DNA of 44,666 nt, the filler included, from Catajapyx aquilonaris (Eukaryota): NCBI GenBank assembly GCA_000934665.2. It is 2 parts of 2 records of this genome, joined end to end, with 100 filler letters (N's around TTAATTAATTAA, not from the genome) between each part and the next. Parts side by side here need not be neighbours in the genome. Positions count along the whole stretch, not along the records: positions 22,343 to 44,666 come from JYFJ02005907.1; 1 more part is not named here. One strand, given 5' to 3'. Position numbers and translations under genes: made by a program. Below, piece after piece: positions 22,243 to 34,073 of this stretch. The notes beneath the pieces are model-generated. The model was not told the origin of the DNA, did no database searches, and was given only the letters and a program-made list of their open reading frames with translations. The first letter of the stretch is position 1. Each line of letters begins with the position of its first letter.

Positions 22243-22342
22243 NNNNNNNNNNNNNNNNNNNNNNNNNNNNNNNNNNNNNNNNNNNNTTAATTAATTAANN
22301 NNNNNNNNNNNNNNNNNNNNNNNNNNNNNNNNNNNNNNNNNN
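22243..22342. other. Assembly gap with artificial six-frame-stop linker
   Basis: 44 N + TTAATTAATTAA (22287-22298) + 44 N = exactly 100 bp. Confidence 0.95.
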
Positions 22343-22546
22343 AGCGTTTCTCCAGCGCTGAAGAACTCCAGGCAGTATTTTGCAGACCAACAGGAAACTT
22401 TTTTTTTTGCCGGCCTAAGGTCACTTGAGACAAAGTGGAAGAAGTGTGTAGAGCTCAAGGGGGACTACATTGAAAAATGATTAGGAGGATTTCAATAAAG
22501 GTGTTCATTTTGATACTCAGGTAGATAAATTATTGAACCACCCTCG
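22343..22546 (+). mobile_element. Mariner transposon 3' end (frameshifted transposase C-terminus plus TIR)
   Basis: RFSSAEELQA / QYFADQQETFFFAGLRSLETKWKKCVELKGDYIEK* (stop 22478-22480) is a typical mariner C-terminus, with a frameshift. It ends ttattgaaccaccctcg|TA. Confidence 0.9.
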
Positions 22547-23887
22547 TAGGTAGGATGTTCCTATAAGAATCGTGCCAACTGCTACGGTCAGATGCCCCTT
22601 GTTGCGATACCCAGCATAAGATTTACTCTAATGTTTCAGTAGCACGCAATAGTAGCGCAGGAAGCTCGGTTTTGTGTCCTCGTAATTTATGTGCAATACA
22701 ATAGATAGAACTTACTAATTTGAAGGTACTGTATATTTTACATGCACGGGTTCAGGTAAGGGAGTATCTTTTGATTGTTTATGCAATCCGGTATCGATTT
22801 GGAACCAGAAAACGCTCGAGGCTATGTTTTCTTTTTTAAAAATCAGGTTAATAAATGAACACTGTAATATAATTTTTTATTGCGGTACATGCAAAAAGAT
22901 GCCGCAGGAATAACTCTCGAATTTTACTGCAACTTAATAAGTGGAACGGAACTGGCAGTTACTTGGCTGAGGAACAAAGTAAAGTAAAAGTTCAAGACTT
23001 ACAGTCTAGACATACTGAAGTTTCACGGTAGCAGAATTTGAGGGGCGGGGAGGGGGGGGGGGGGTGCAAAATAATTTGAGAGTTCGATTTCAGACTAGAA
23101 TGCAATCTGCTGAGGTGGAATCGAAACCACTGGAGTGCAAAAAAAAAGAGAGTCGAAATCCTTCGCAGGTGACTGATATCGGCAATTCTATATCGATTGA
23201 TTGATACGAGGATTCAGGAGAAAATCCTATGGACCGTTACCCATAATGCTCTTTTCAATCTGAACGCACCCAGGACGCGCTACGGGATCTGAATGTCAAC
23301 ATTCGAGGACGCTGTTCCTAACTTTTTCACTGGCTCGAAAACGTTTTGCTTGCGGGCTCATGAAATAGCTCATGAAATGTTAAGGAGGTTCTGGAAATAT
23401 ATAAGACTGACTCAGAATTTTTCTGCCGGTTTCTCTTCAGGCGTGATGAAAAATGAACTTCTGGGAGACCGAATCATTATGTGACGTGGAGTCCGATAAA
23501 AATCTGGGTTCAAAGAATTCTGATAAAATCGTTCGTGCAAATGACTCCGCAGAAATTAAATTTCGACCTCTTTGCGATACGGCTAAAATACTAGCTTTTT
23601 CATTTCCTACTGCTACATACCTTCTGTTTTAATTTATTGAAAGCTCTTGCTCATACAGTTGTGACGTCCCATCACCAGAGGGCTGACCTAGGGGGAGCTG
23701 GGGGCATATGCTCTTTGTATGATTCAGTCGTGTCTGGCCGGAATAGCCAGCCGGTGGAATAAACGGTTGCACCGTACCCGTTGTATTATTGGACCACGAC
23801 AATGGCCCTTAGTAACCTTGCGGGGTCAGAGGGATGACCTGACGAGGTCAACTCTCACACAGTAGCCTATATTATGCAAGGGGTTAA

Positions 23888-24417
23888 CCACTCGACTGTA
23901 AAGTGTACACTGGAGTACCATATTCAAGGAGTACCAAAGAATAAGGTACTATGGGGCTCAAATTATTTTGGCCACTTTATCCTAGTCTTGAAGCAACCCT
24001 TCGCACGGGCCCTATGGTGAGGAAGTGTGTACATGTCTTCAATAAGCTGTGGGCCGGAAGTAGTTGTTTTTACTGTAACTGTGGGGACTTTCACTCACCT
24101 GTGGGGATATTTTTACCACTTGCGGGAACGTTTACGGTCCCCACAAGAAACTTGCGGGTTTGCTTTTGCAGTAGTGGGGACAAGTCCCCACTATTTCCAG
24201 TTGCAGGGTTTTAGAAAAAGCCAATTTTTCTCAGCCTAGGTTACGTAGGTTAGGTTAGGTTGGGTTAGTTTACACTAGCTTTGAAAAGTTGTCTTTTTCA
24301 CGTCCCCACACCTAATAGGCCGCAGGGTGTGGGTGTGTGTGAAGTGGCCAAAAGAATGTGAGCCCCATAAGTGCCTAAGGAGTACGACTGCAGGTGTACA
24401 CCGGAGTACCGAAGTGG
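23888..24417. mobile_element. TTAA-flanked DNA element with degenerate TIRs, probably carrying an internal repeat
   Basis: TTAA|ccactcgactgtaaagtgtacac ... gtgtacaccggagtaccgaagtgg|TTAA. Interior has gtggggac/gtccccac inverted motifs and a (GGTTA)n tract. Confidence 0.5.
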
Positions 24418-25563
24418 TTAACCCTGATATTATGACTGGTTCGGTGTCTGATGTCACCTAAAAATTCATTCTGTGTCATAAACGAGCATATATTTAACCC
24501 ATGTGAATAGTCACTCCCTAACACTGTTATATCGAATTAATATGAACCAATGGAATTTGGCAAGACATATATTACACTATACCTCGTCTAGCTCTATATT
24601 GCATATATTGATCAAACTGTGGCAGAAGGCGCGTTATATACCGCCTTAAACCGTGGGTTTCGGCTTGCCTCAAATTTCAGCATGGCCTGAGGGGTCATGC
24701 AGCGAATTTGCACCGATTTACATGCAGTTAGCCCATGCTCGATTGCCCTAATAATCCCTTCCTGCTTCCATTTGCATCCGGGACACTTGTCAGAAACTAA
24801 TTAACCCCTGGAATTATGTGGGAGGCTTGGGTGGGTTGGGTGGGGAAGTGGAATAAATGATCCTAGGAAGGAGTATAATAATGACAGAAGTGAAGGGAAA
24901 CCAGTGTGGTGTGCTTCAGGAAACATGGCTAATCTCCCGCCAAAAACTCATGAGGTGGTTGGTGGTAGATGGGGCGAGGGGAAAATCTTCTTTGTCTATT
25001 CTGGTGTTCGAGAAAGGATGTTACAACATGCCCCTGAGGTTTTAGCGCCAAGGGTTTCCTTTCAGTCACTTTTCCTTTGCCGTGGCTTTAGGTTAAAGCT
25101 GAGCTGTCGAGGAATGTGACCTTTACCCAGGGTATAACTAAGAACCGGAGTATTGATCGCAGTTTAGCTCCTCAATGGAGAGAGACTTCACCTTTGTGTG
25201 AAGGTTTTAGGTTTTGCTGGCTCGTTAAGTTTCTGGGAAGGAGATGCGGGGTTGTTCAGCTACTACGCTACACCAAACATGACCTACCTCATCCATCCTT
25301 CAGATCCTGATATTACTATGGGTATTTACGAACTCGCTGCTAAGAATTATAGTATTTTACGGCGTGCGCTTTCTCGAAATGCTGCATCGCATTTGCATCT
25401 TTTGGTGGGTTCAAGTCGATGTAGGTTGGTGCTGTATTGTGCTAATTCACTTCAGGCCATGTCTTGGTAGGGACTGGGAAGTAGGATGAAGCACCCAGCC
25501 TTTGTGAGTGACGCTGCCACATACCTCTGAGGCCCCCGGGTTTGATTCCCGGATAGGCAAAAT

Positions 25564-25945
25564 CAGCGGTTCCCAAACTGTGCTCCGAAGAGGATCTCCA
25601 AGTGCTCCGCGAAAAGATTATAGGAAATAAAATATGTAAAAAAAAATGTGACAAGATCTCAAAATTTTGAATTTGTGCGGCCATGAACTGTGAATTTGAT
25701 ATTTAAAATGCCCCCCCCCCCCCCCCGAAATGTTTGAAAGAGCATTAGAAATTACTAATTCATGATTCTTTTGGAAAAAGTGCTATCCATTTCATCAAAT
25801 ACACACCCATTTCACATCAACATTCACCTAAGCTCTTGTGACNCCCCCCTCCCATTTTTTTCTGCCTACGCGCCTGTGTTAGTGCTCCATCACGAATTTC
25901 TCTCCTGAAAAGTGTTCCGCGACTCAAAAAGTTGGGGAACCGCTG
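25564..25945. mobile_element. hAT (Charlie-like) MITE
   Basis: TIRs cagcggttcccaaact and agttggggaaccgctg. 8-bp TSD ggcaaaat (25556-25563) and ggcgaaat (25946-25953). Confidence 0.88.
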
Positions 25946-26349
25946 GGCGAAATCATTATTCGTGATGTCACATGCCTAAATGGAACTATTATTATGATTA
26001 GGCCTACTATTATCCAAAATTGTATCAAAGTATAAACGATTTCTAGCTCTTAATCTGTTATTTGTAAGCCCATAATGGAACTAGACACCGCAATCCTTCC
26101 TGATTTTTTTTTTCAGCCTACATTTCCGTGCAGATAAGCTAGCATTTTCTTTCTTAATTACACCTAGCTCGCAAACTCGTCATTCACCCTCAAAATTGGC
26201 AACAAATTACACTTTGACAGCCATAACTGACACATACACGTACCTAGCAAGGACGAACGTTTAGAGCCTGACAGCTTACGAATTAGACTAGTGTCACCCA
26301 GTTAGATCGCCATACCTTTCCCCTCCAAATCGAACGGTATATTGTTGAA

Positions 26350-26505
26350 CTTTTTTCGTTTTTCGTTTTTTCCCCGTTTCGTTCGATTTTTTCGTTTCGT
26401 TCGGTTTTTTCCGTTTCGTTAGTTTATTTCGTTTCGTTCGATTTTTTTCGTTTCGTTCGTTTTTCTCTCGTTTTTTTCGTTTTCCCCCGTTTTTGTGTTT
26501 TTTTT
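26350..26505. repeat. Degenerate (TTTCG/TTCG)n low-complexity tract
   Basis: Repeated tttcg/ttcg units with variable T runs. Confidence 0.85.
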
Positions 26506-27329
26506 GCCAATTGGGAAAGGTTATGAGGTCTCCGCTTCCGCACTGACTGCATTGGCTTTTCCTTTAAAACGCTGGGTTCCTCCCAAGGTAAAACAGAAGC
26601 TGGGGGGTGGGGTGGGGCGAGGAAAAAAGCTGTGACGTCAGGAAATCCCCCCTCTCCCGACGGTGCTTTTCCAGAGAGGGGTGTAGGGTGAGGGGGCTTT
26701 TGTCTTTTGGGAGTGGGTCGTCGCAGCTGGGTTAGCACGTCGTTGGCCTACTTTACCACCAGCTGCATTGGCGAAATCTCCACCGGGAAGGGATTCTCGC
26801 GTTGGGCCGGGAGTTCAGGGGGGGGGGGGGGGTTACCCACCTTGGGCAAATGAGCCCTGCCTACCTTACACCCCGGCATATTTCAACGGGGATGTGCTTG
26901 TAAATGGATTTGGGCGCTGGCTTCCTGTGGGAATGGCCGATGTTGCGGTGCATTACCGGACGATTCATATCGTCCCTTCACTGGTGCAAAGTCAGATGGG
27001 AGGGGAAAACATGGTTGTAAAAACTATGTTTTTTTTTGCAGTACATGCTCTTTGCTGGTATTGGGCGGGTTGGTTTTATTTTTTTAGGGTATGTCGGACT
27101 GTACATGGTGTTTGCAGTTTGGAGGGATGAGTGATCAGTTGGAATTGAGTTAGAAATTGGGTAATGCAGTGACTGACACTCGTGTCAATTTTAGGCCACA
27201 GCAATTACAGTCCCGTAGAGATATGCTTGGGGAAAAAAATAGGCGTAGTGGTTTAGGCTAAATTTCACCTCCGAGTTCGATCACCGGATCGGGCATGTGA
27301 GAAGAGTTGCAATTTCTACCAGTTCGCAT

Positions 27330-27828
27330 GAAACAAAGTTCGTGGGGCCTTTTAAACCAGTTATTTATTTATTTCATTTATGTATACCCCATTGGGAGAA
27401 TCAGCGCTCCATTAGGGGGGTGAAGTACCACCATTGGATGGGGCCAAGGATAGGGAAGGAAGGAGGCGGCTGTGGCCTATTGTACGGAAACAACCCCGGA
27501 ATTATCCTGGGGGGACCGTGGAAAACCACAGAAAACCATGTTCAGGGTTGCCTGCCCCGTGATTCGAACCAGGATCTTCCGATTAGCAGTCGGGCTCCTT
27601 AACTACCACACCAACTTGGTTCGGTTTTAAAACAGTTATTGTTATAGGAAATTTCGCTCAAAGCTGTTATTTTTTGTAGTTTGTTGTGCCCCTAATCAGT
27701 TGCCCTAATAGCCACTGCTACATTCGACCACCTGATAGTACAGGGCACAACAAGCTATACAAAAATAACTACTTTGAACGATGTAGTGTTAACAAAAAAA
27801 AACTACCCACGATCTTTGAAACACCCTG
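27330..27828. mobile_element. Degenerate Tc1/mariner fold-back MITE interrupted by the SINE
   Basis: Right end cccacgatctttgaaacaccctg|TA. Internal palindrome at about 27652-27691 vs 27742-27781. Decayed left end caaagttcgtggg. Confidence 0.6.
27366..27625 (-). mobile_element. tRNA-derived SINE (family A variant)
   Basis: On the minus strand accgaaccaagttggtgtggtagtt..., B box, ggttttctgtggttttcc core, 3' hairpin and A-rich tail. TSD ttttaaa(c/a)cagttatt at 27350-27365 and 27625-27640. Confidence 0.87.
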
Positions 27829-29009
27829 TATAATTATCAGCACTCCAGTGACGGTATTCAAAAATGACAATAATTATTAGATAATTAACAGTTACATCTA
27901 ACCTAACTCTTTAAGTTGTGAGGACACACAAATATGCTGCAGGCTTACTGCACAACTGTAACGCTTGTGCCTCAGCAAATTCTTTCAGACGTAATCTGCT
28001 CATGTCATTTGTATCGTTACTGTAGTTGGCCTCTGGGGACCTTGGCTTCTTTTACGTAGTCTGGAACCGCATTCTCCGTATGCTAAGGCACATGAAGTGT
28101 AATTAATGTAAAAGCTGAGAGATCTACTGTAGTATTTTGCCTCACTAGTGCAACAAGAAGCATTAGTTTAGAAATTTTAAATCATCTGACATTCGGCCTG
28201 AGAATACTTTCTTTTTTTGGTTAAAACCAGCACTACCTTGCTCCGCCTTATTCCGCATCAGATCCGCGCACGCGCATTACATTTCCGGGAATCCATTTCC
28301 GGTAAAGACACCAAAACATAACAACATTGGTACAAACACCGGAAACTCACTAATACCAAATTGGTGTACCCAAATTGTTGGCATTTCCACCGCTTAATCA
28401 AGCCATTCTCACCCACTACAGATCCCCCCCCCCCCGCCCCCTTTTGGCTCAAAAAACGGAAAACATGCGGCGTGAAGCTATTAGATCGATGGGGTCACTC
28501 TGCGTCATGCCTCCGACTTCACTCCGGTAATTGGAGGCAACTCCGGTTTCCCCAAACTTTTCGGGCTAAGGCCTTCTAGGACCCAAGCTTAATTAGTAAT
28601 GGGGGGAGTGGGGGGTCGAAACTAGCAGGGGGCAGGGGGGGCTTGAATTTATAGTTTCAGTGGCAGGACCCCCCCCCCCCCTCATGAGAGACCTCGCGTG
28701 GCTTATATCTAGAAGCAAATAAGTCATCCCCCCCTTGTGATTGTTCTGCAGTATTACAAAAAATAGAGTGTGAGAACTTTACAATGAAAGACCGGTTGGT
28801 GGGGGCACTGCGTGTTGTTGTTACAGGTACCCTGTAATGGAGGCAGCTGACATTCTGGGTATATTCGGATTTTTCTTTAAGACGTTGTCGTAATTTGTTC
28901 GGGTTCGTAACGTAAATCAGGGCTAGTTGACTAAGTACTGGTGGAATCAGGAAGGATTTGTTTGCCTAGGGGTACTTTGTATAGTTGGTAACCTGATGAG
29001 ATTAATTTT

Positions 29010-29720
29010 ATTAATTTAATTTAATTTTTTTTACCCGTTGAGAGATCATCGCTCTATTAGGGGGGTGGAACACCACCATATTTTCCATTTTCTTGATTTT
29101 TTCTTCAGCTCCGTGCAAACATGGGGGTAGGGATGGGGATTTTTGAGGAGGGGACACTTGTGCAGTGCAATGTCATAAACTTTTACTTTATTTTATTTTT
29201 TATTTTGTTTACCCCGTGATGTCCCTTACGGGATCTATTGGGGGGTGGGACACCACCATCAGTTTTCTATATATTTTCAGCTTCTTTCTCCGGTGCAAGG
29301 AAACAGGGACATTGGGAAAGGATAGGGATTGTTGGGGAGGGGACGCTTGTGCATCTGCAATGTCTTAAACCTTTGGGCCATGTGCAGTCCACCAGGAGGT
29401 TAGGTTGCCAGACACCTCCAAGGTGCAGGAAAGAGACCCTCCCGACGCAGGTGAAAGGGAACTCCCAGGCAGGGATCGAACCTGGGACCTTTCATTCAGC
29501 AAGCCGAGACGTTACCATCTCGGCTACCACGCCTCCCCGTCAATGTCATAAACTGGGTCGTCTGCAGTCCTCCAGGAGGTTAGGTTGCCAGACACCTCCA
29601 AGTCGCGGGTCAGAGACCCTCCTGACGCAGCCGAAATGGAAATTCTGGGCTGGGATCTAACCCGGGACCTTTCGATCAGCAAGCCGAGCCGTTACCAGCT
29701 CGGCCACTGCACCTCCCCGT
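29010..29720 (-). mobile_element. tRNA-derived SINE family B (outer copy)
   Basis: Minus-strand head acggggaggtgcagtggccgagctgg... with B box, 3' hairpin and AT tail. TSD tgagattaatttt at 28997-29009 and 29720-29732. Confidence 0.88.
29182..29540 (-). mobile_element. tRNA-derived SINE family B (inner copy inserted in the outer copy)
   Basis: Head acggggaggcgtggtagccgagatgg...gttcgatccc and A-rich tail. 14-bp TSD caatgtcataaact at 29168-29181 and 29541-29554. Confidence 0.9.
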
Positions 29721-32324
29721 GAGATTAATTTTTCAGCGGTTTGGTTTCTTATAACGACGGAAGTACATGCAAATAAAGAATAATACTCATTTACAGTAAT
29801 TATATTGAACAAAACTAATGTTTCAGCAACATCAAAAGGACGAATTATTGACTCGGGTGCAACTTAAGGTCTGACTAACATTATGGATTGATAATGACAA
29901 GTTCCAGCCGATTATACCCCCCGTCCCTTTAGCACTAAACATCGTTTGAGGCAAACAGGTACTGACTTTGACAGATGACAGAAAAGTGAGCGTACATATA
30001 ATGCCTGAAATGGTGGCTTGCTGAGAGCAGTTTGCGTGCAGGGCCACCGGGGGGAATGTTTGTTGCTTTTTCTCAGTTTGGAGTAGTTTGAATGGGACAT
30101 GGGTAAAAGGACTGAGCAATCTTCGTCGGTTTGGTATTGATCTCCCTGGCAAGCCTCAGCACTGGAGCAGGCAACATTTCCCCTAAAGCACGTAACAATT
30201 CCCTCAACAACACCGTCCCTTGTACGAGGCAAGGGGTGAGGAAGAAGAAAAAAAAAAAAAACAGGGCAAGACACGTCGCTTGACTGCATCTATTTATAAT
30301 GGTGTATGTACAAACAGCAGGTGCGGTGTAGTGACCTTAACTTACAACCTAGTTTTGCGCTAAAATTAGCATCTTGGACTGCACGTTGATGGAATCCATA
30401 ATGTAGTCAAATGGATTATGCAAGTCTGAAGTATTGGAGGACGAACGGGACATTATGGTCTTTCGAGAGCGGAAAAAAAAGTTTGAAATGAACACGGTAG
30501 TCGATGCAGTACTATTATAAGCGGACAAACTTTTTCATAGGAAATTTTACTTTAGGCAGTGCTGCGATCATATTCATCGCATGACGAAGAAAATTAAAAA
30601 AAAGGCTGTTTCCTGTACACGGTTTAGAATAGAACAAAGGGGACTAATCATCTACAGTACAATACCTGCATTCTAATGGCGACATTATACATTGTTTACT
30701 AGTACAGTATTCGAATGCCACTTAGTAGTCGAGTTATAACTTTTCTCCTAATTAATGTCTGCAGAGAAGTCAAATTGTCGCCTACTATAGGGAGATTGCT
30801 CTATGTTATCTGGCATCATCTGCAACAAGGAAGTATTATTAGCCAAGTATTAAAGAACGAATGTCCGCAATAATATTTGGCTGATAGAACTTTACAGTTG
30901 GGTACTAAAACAGTCAGTTCATATAACTTACATCTGCTTTAATCTCAATCACTGAAAATCAGACTCAACAATTGCCACAACAAACACCGAAAACGCCTCT
31001 TTCCAGTTTGATCTCCCCTTTGCTCTTGCCACGGCCTACAGTCAATGGCATCGTTCCAATATGGCTAACGTAACTCCCAGACCCCTTTTATCTGCCTGCA
31101 TTTTGAAACACGCCAAGCATTTCACACGGAACGACCCGCAATTTATTCTCCAACCCTTCTTTTGCATAAGTGCGCAACAGATCTCCTGGCAGATCCGCCA
31201 TGACAGCATCCATTTCTAAAGTACTGCATGGTAACCCCCCAGAGTAAAATGGCCGCCAGAGAGCAGTGGAACCAGGTGAAGAGGATGGAAACAAATGACA
31301 CAGGTTGAGCGGCGGTTTGTTTGAGAGACGAAGAGTGGGCAACAAAGAGTGGCAAGCCAGAGTGCGCTTTTCTGACGCTTGGACAAACTTGAGACCTTCT
31401 ACCTTATTGATCTCTCTTTCGGAGGAAACACTTTTCGGGGGCCTAGCAGGGACAGATGAACTCAGGGGGGTAGGTGTATATGTGGAGGTGATAGCTATCA
31501 ATTGTAATATCTGTATCAAAGCCTGAAAGTCCAGCTTATTGACCTCACTTCTCTCCAGAGTATGGCTGGAAAAAAAAATTGAGATGAATTTTTTATGATT
31601 AGGGTTACTTGGGATTACAAAGGGGGATTATTTGAAAATCGAAGCCATTTCCTGGTACAGTGTGTCGAGGAGAATGGACTCCCGGGGTATATTCATTCAT
31701 GGGGTGTCGGAGGGCGAGAACTTAAAAGGAACCGGAAGTAGGACACTGACTGATGTGTGCTGCTCTGAAGTGATTTCTTTACACCGTACAGTTGACAGCA
31801 AAAGGTAATCCCTAATGTCTAAAAGGACTGTCGCATAATACCACCCTTTTATCAACGAAAAATCACTCCTGCTGCCATCACCAACTATTGCTCTCAGCTG
31901 TACATTTTGCGACCCCCAGATAAATGGCTATTCAGAAACATGATCCACAATAGCCACATCTCAATCTCCGTCACTCACTAAAAGTGATTTATGTGCCACC
32001 GTCCAAATTAGCGATTTCCCGAAAGCTGAAAGAAGCGGAAGAATCAGAAGTGAAGGAAAAGTATAGGGATGTGTCCGGTCTTCTTGTCCACACCAGGAAG
32101 CAGGTAGATAACGGTAATTGTGTCAGAGAACGTGGTTCCCATCTCCAGAGCCCACTGTAAGCGCTAATTACGAAGAATCAATACCAGGATAGGAGGGCAT
32201 GAGGAGGTGGTAGGGGTGGATGAGAGGTGAAGTAGGGTGCAAAATCGAAAAAATGGAGGTTCAATAGTGAAGAATATCCCGCTTTCATTACAGGATATCC
32301 CGCACTTTTACCTACTTTCCTAGG

Positions 32325-32415
32325 CGTGTATCTGCTGAAGGATATACTTGAATCCGCTGAAGGATATGGGTGTATTCGCCTAAGGAAGGTGTGTATCCGC
32401 TGGGAAGGAATGTGG
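32325..32415. repeat. Short minisatellite, about 4 degenerate copies of a 21-22-bp unit
   Basis: gtgtatctgctgaaggatat / ttgaatccgctgaaggatat / gtgtattcgcctaaggaag / gtgtatccgctgggaaggaat. Confidence 0.7.
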
Positions 32416-32659
32416 TAGGTTGGTGCAACATGCCCCTACCCCTGCCACATTCGGTCTCACATTACGAAAGTCCTTCCGAATATTTTTTTACAGCAGTCTA
32501 AGGCAAGAATATTGAGGAGTTGCAATATGTTGTATTAAGTTATTTACGAATGAGGTGATTTGTAACTGGTGAACTTCAAATGAAATTCTGAAGTTCACAA
32601 TGTTATATATTTCAGTCTCGACCTTTTTCATTCATGATGTGAAACGGTGCTCGTGAGTA

Positions 32660-32821
32660 CAGTGTTGGTCATATATCGAGGCAACCGCCAGCGACATTTT
32701 TCCGAAGCGGCAGAAGAAGGAATCGAAGATAACCATACTACAAGCCGGGCGAACAAGATTCCTTCTTCTGCCGCTTCGGAAAAATGTCGCTGGCGGTTGC
32801 CTCGATATATGACCAACACTG
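32660..32821. mobile_element. Young Tc1/mariner(pogo)-type MITE with perfect 65-bp arms
   Basis: TA|cagtgttggtc...ggaatc (32660-32724), a 32-nt spacer, then the exact reverse complement (32757-32821)|TA. Confidence 0.92.
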
Positions 32822-32834
32822 TACATGGTATTAA

Positions 32835-33347
32835 CCCTTTCATTCCCACTGTAGCCATATGGCAACAATTAATCTGGCGGCAAAGCGTTCGCATGCAGAA
32901 GGCAAACTTTGTGGGTCTAACTTCTTGTGCCATCTAGTGGATGGTGACTCAGCACCCACAAAGTCGGATTGTTATATTTTGCTCGCGCCCTTGAAAGGTA
33001 AACAACCCCCCACCCGGCCGCGTAATTACAGGGTGTCCCATAAGTCTGGACTCTTAGGAATTTCTCATAGTGCAGTGTTTTAGTATTATTTTGCAACCAT
33101 CGTAACAATTTTATAGTGATTTTAAAATTTTAAATTAATTTAATTGCATTTAAAGTTAATTGCATTTAAAAATTTTTTCTGGAACACCCAGTAGGGGAAT
33201 GTTTTCGGCATTTTTACATTCCAAAGGACCACCACGAGTAAAAATGATAAATATTTATGAATATTGTTTTTCATTATATCACTCTTATTACTACAAATTT
33301 TTTTCAAAAAGAGAAGAAACGGCCCAAAAAATTCAGGAATGAAAGGG
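32835..33347. mobile_element. piggyBac-like MITE containing a nested Tc1-type fragment (about 33029-33191)
   Basis: TTAA|ccctttcattcc ... ggaatgaaaggg|TTAA. Internal TA|cagggtgtccc ... ggaacacccag|TA. Confidence 0.8.
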
Positions 33348-33734
33348 TTAAGTTTAAAAAAATCATGGAGCAAGGACTGGCCGAATTGAACGAGTGAAAA
33401 GGGACCTATCAGACTGTGTGTATCTTGCAGTAAAATATGCTGGCTCGTATGAAAGATTGTGTTTTTAATGCGGTGTAAAGGGCCACCTCCCTCCCCCCCC
33501 CTCTCGGGCGTTTATGCATATTTGAACCTAACCCATTTATACCTTGATTTGTTACATCATGTTTGTACCAACTTCATCAGTATGATCCAAAAACTATTGA
33601 TGTTCTGCCCCAGTGTGAACATGCTTCTGGAAATATATTTCCAGAAGCATGTTTTTCCTGCATTATTCCCCTTAAATATTCCCTTTATTTCCATTATTAT
33701 TCCCTTATTTTCCTGCATTATTTTCCTAGCGATG

Positions 33735-34013
33735 AACCGAAGCAGTTTGGAGTAGGGGATATGGTGTCCGACTGCTAATCGGGAGGTCCTGGGATCAAAT
33801 CCCGGGGCCGGCAACTCTGACCGTGGTTTTCTGTGGTTTCCCACGGTCCTTCCAGGAAAATTCCGGGGTTGTTTCCGTAATTAATAGGCCACAGCCGCTT
33901 CCTTCCGTCTCTATCCTATCCCAAAAAGCGCAGTAAAATGAAAGCAAAGAGTTCCAGGCAAAACAAAAAACTTCCCCCCTAAAGAGCCGATATAGGCTGA
34001 TAACGGGGTATGA

Positions 34014-34070
<57 letters not shown>
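33735..34070 (+). mobile_element. Full-length tRNA-derived SINE family A with (ATT)n tail
   Basis: accgaagcag head, ggttttctgtggtttccc core, 3' hairpin at about 33975-34010, (ATT)n tail. TSD attttcctag(c/a)gatg at 33720-33734 and 34071-34085. Confidence 0.92.

Positions 34071-34073
<3 letters not shown>

Noticed and set aside
27945..28085. Possible minus-strand exon (MSRLRLKEFAEAQALQLC|gtaagc) as an OLA1 5' exon
   Set aside because: No similarity to the OLA1 N-terminus, and the frames are short and stop-bounded.
32325..32415. Short direct repeats as a CRISPR-like array
   Set aside because: Contiguous degenerate units with no spacers; an ordinary minisatellite.
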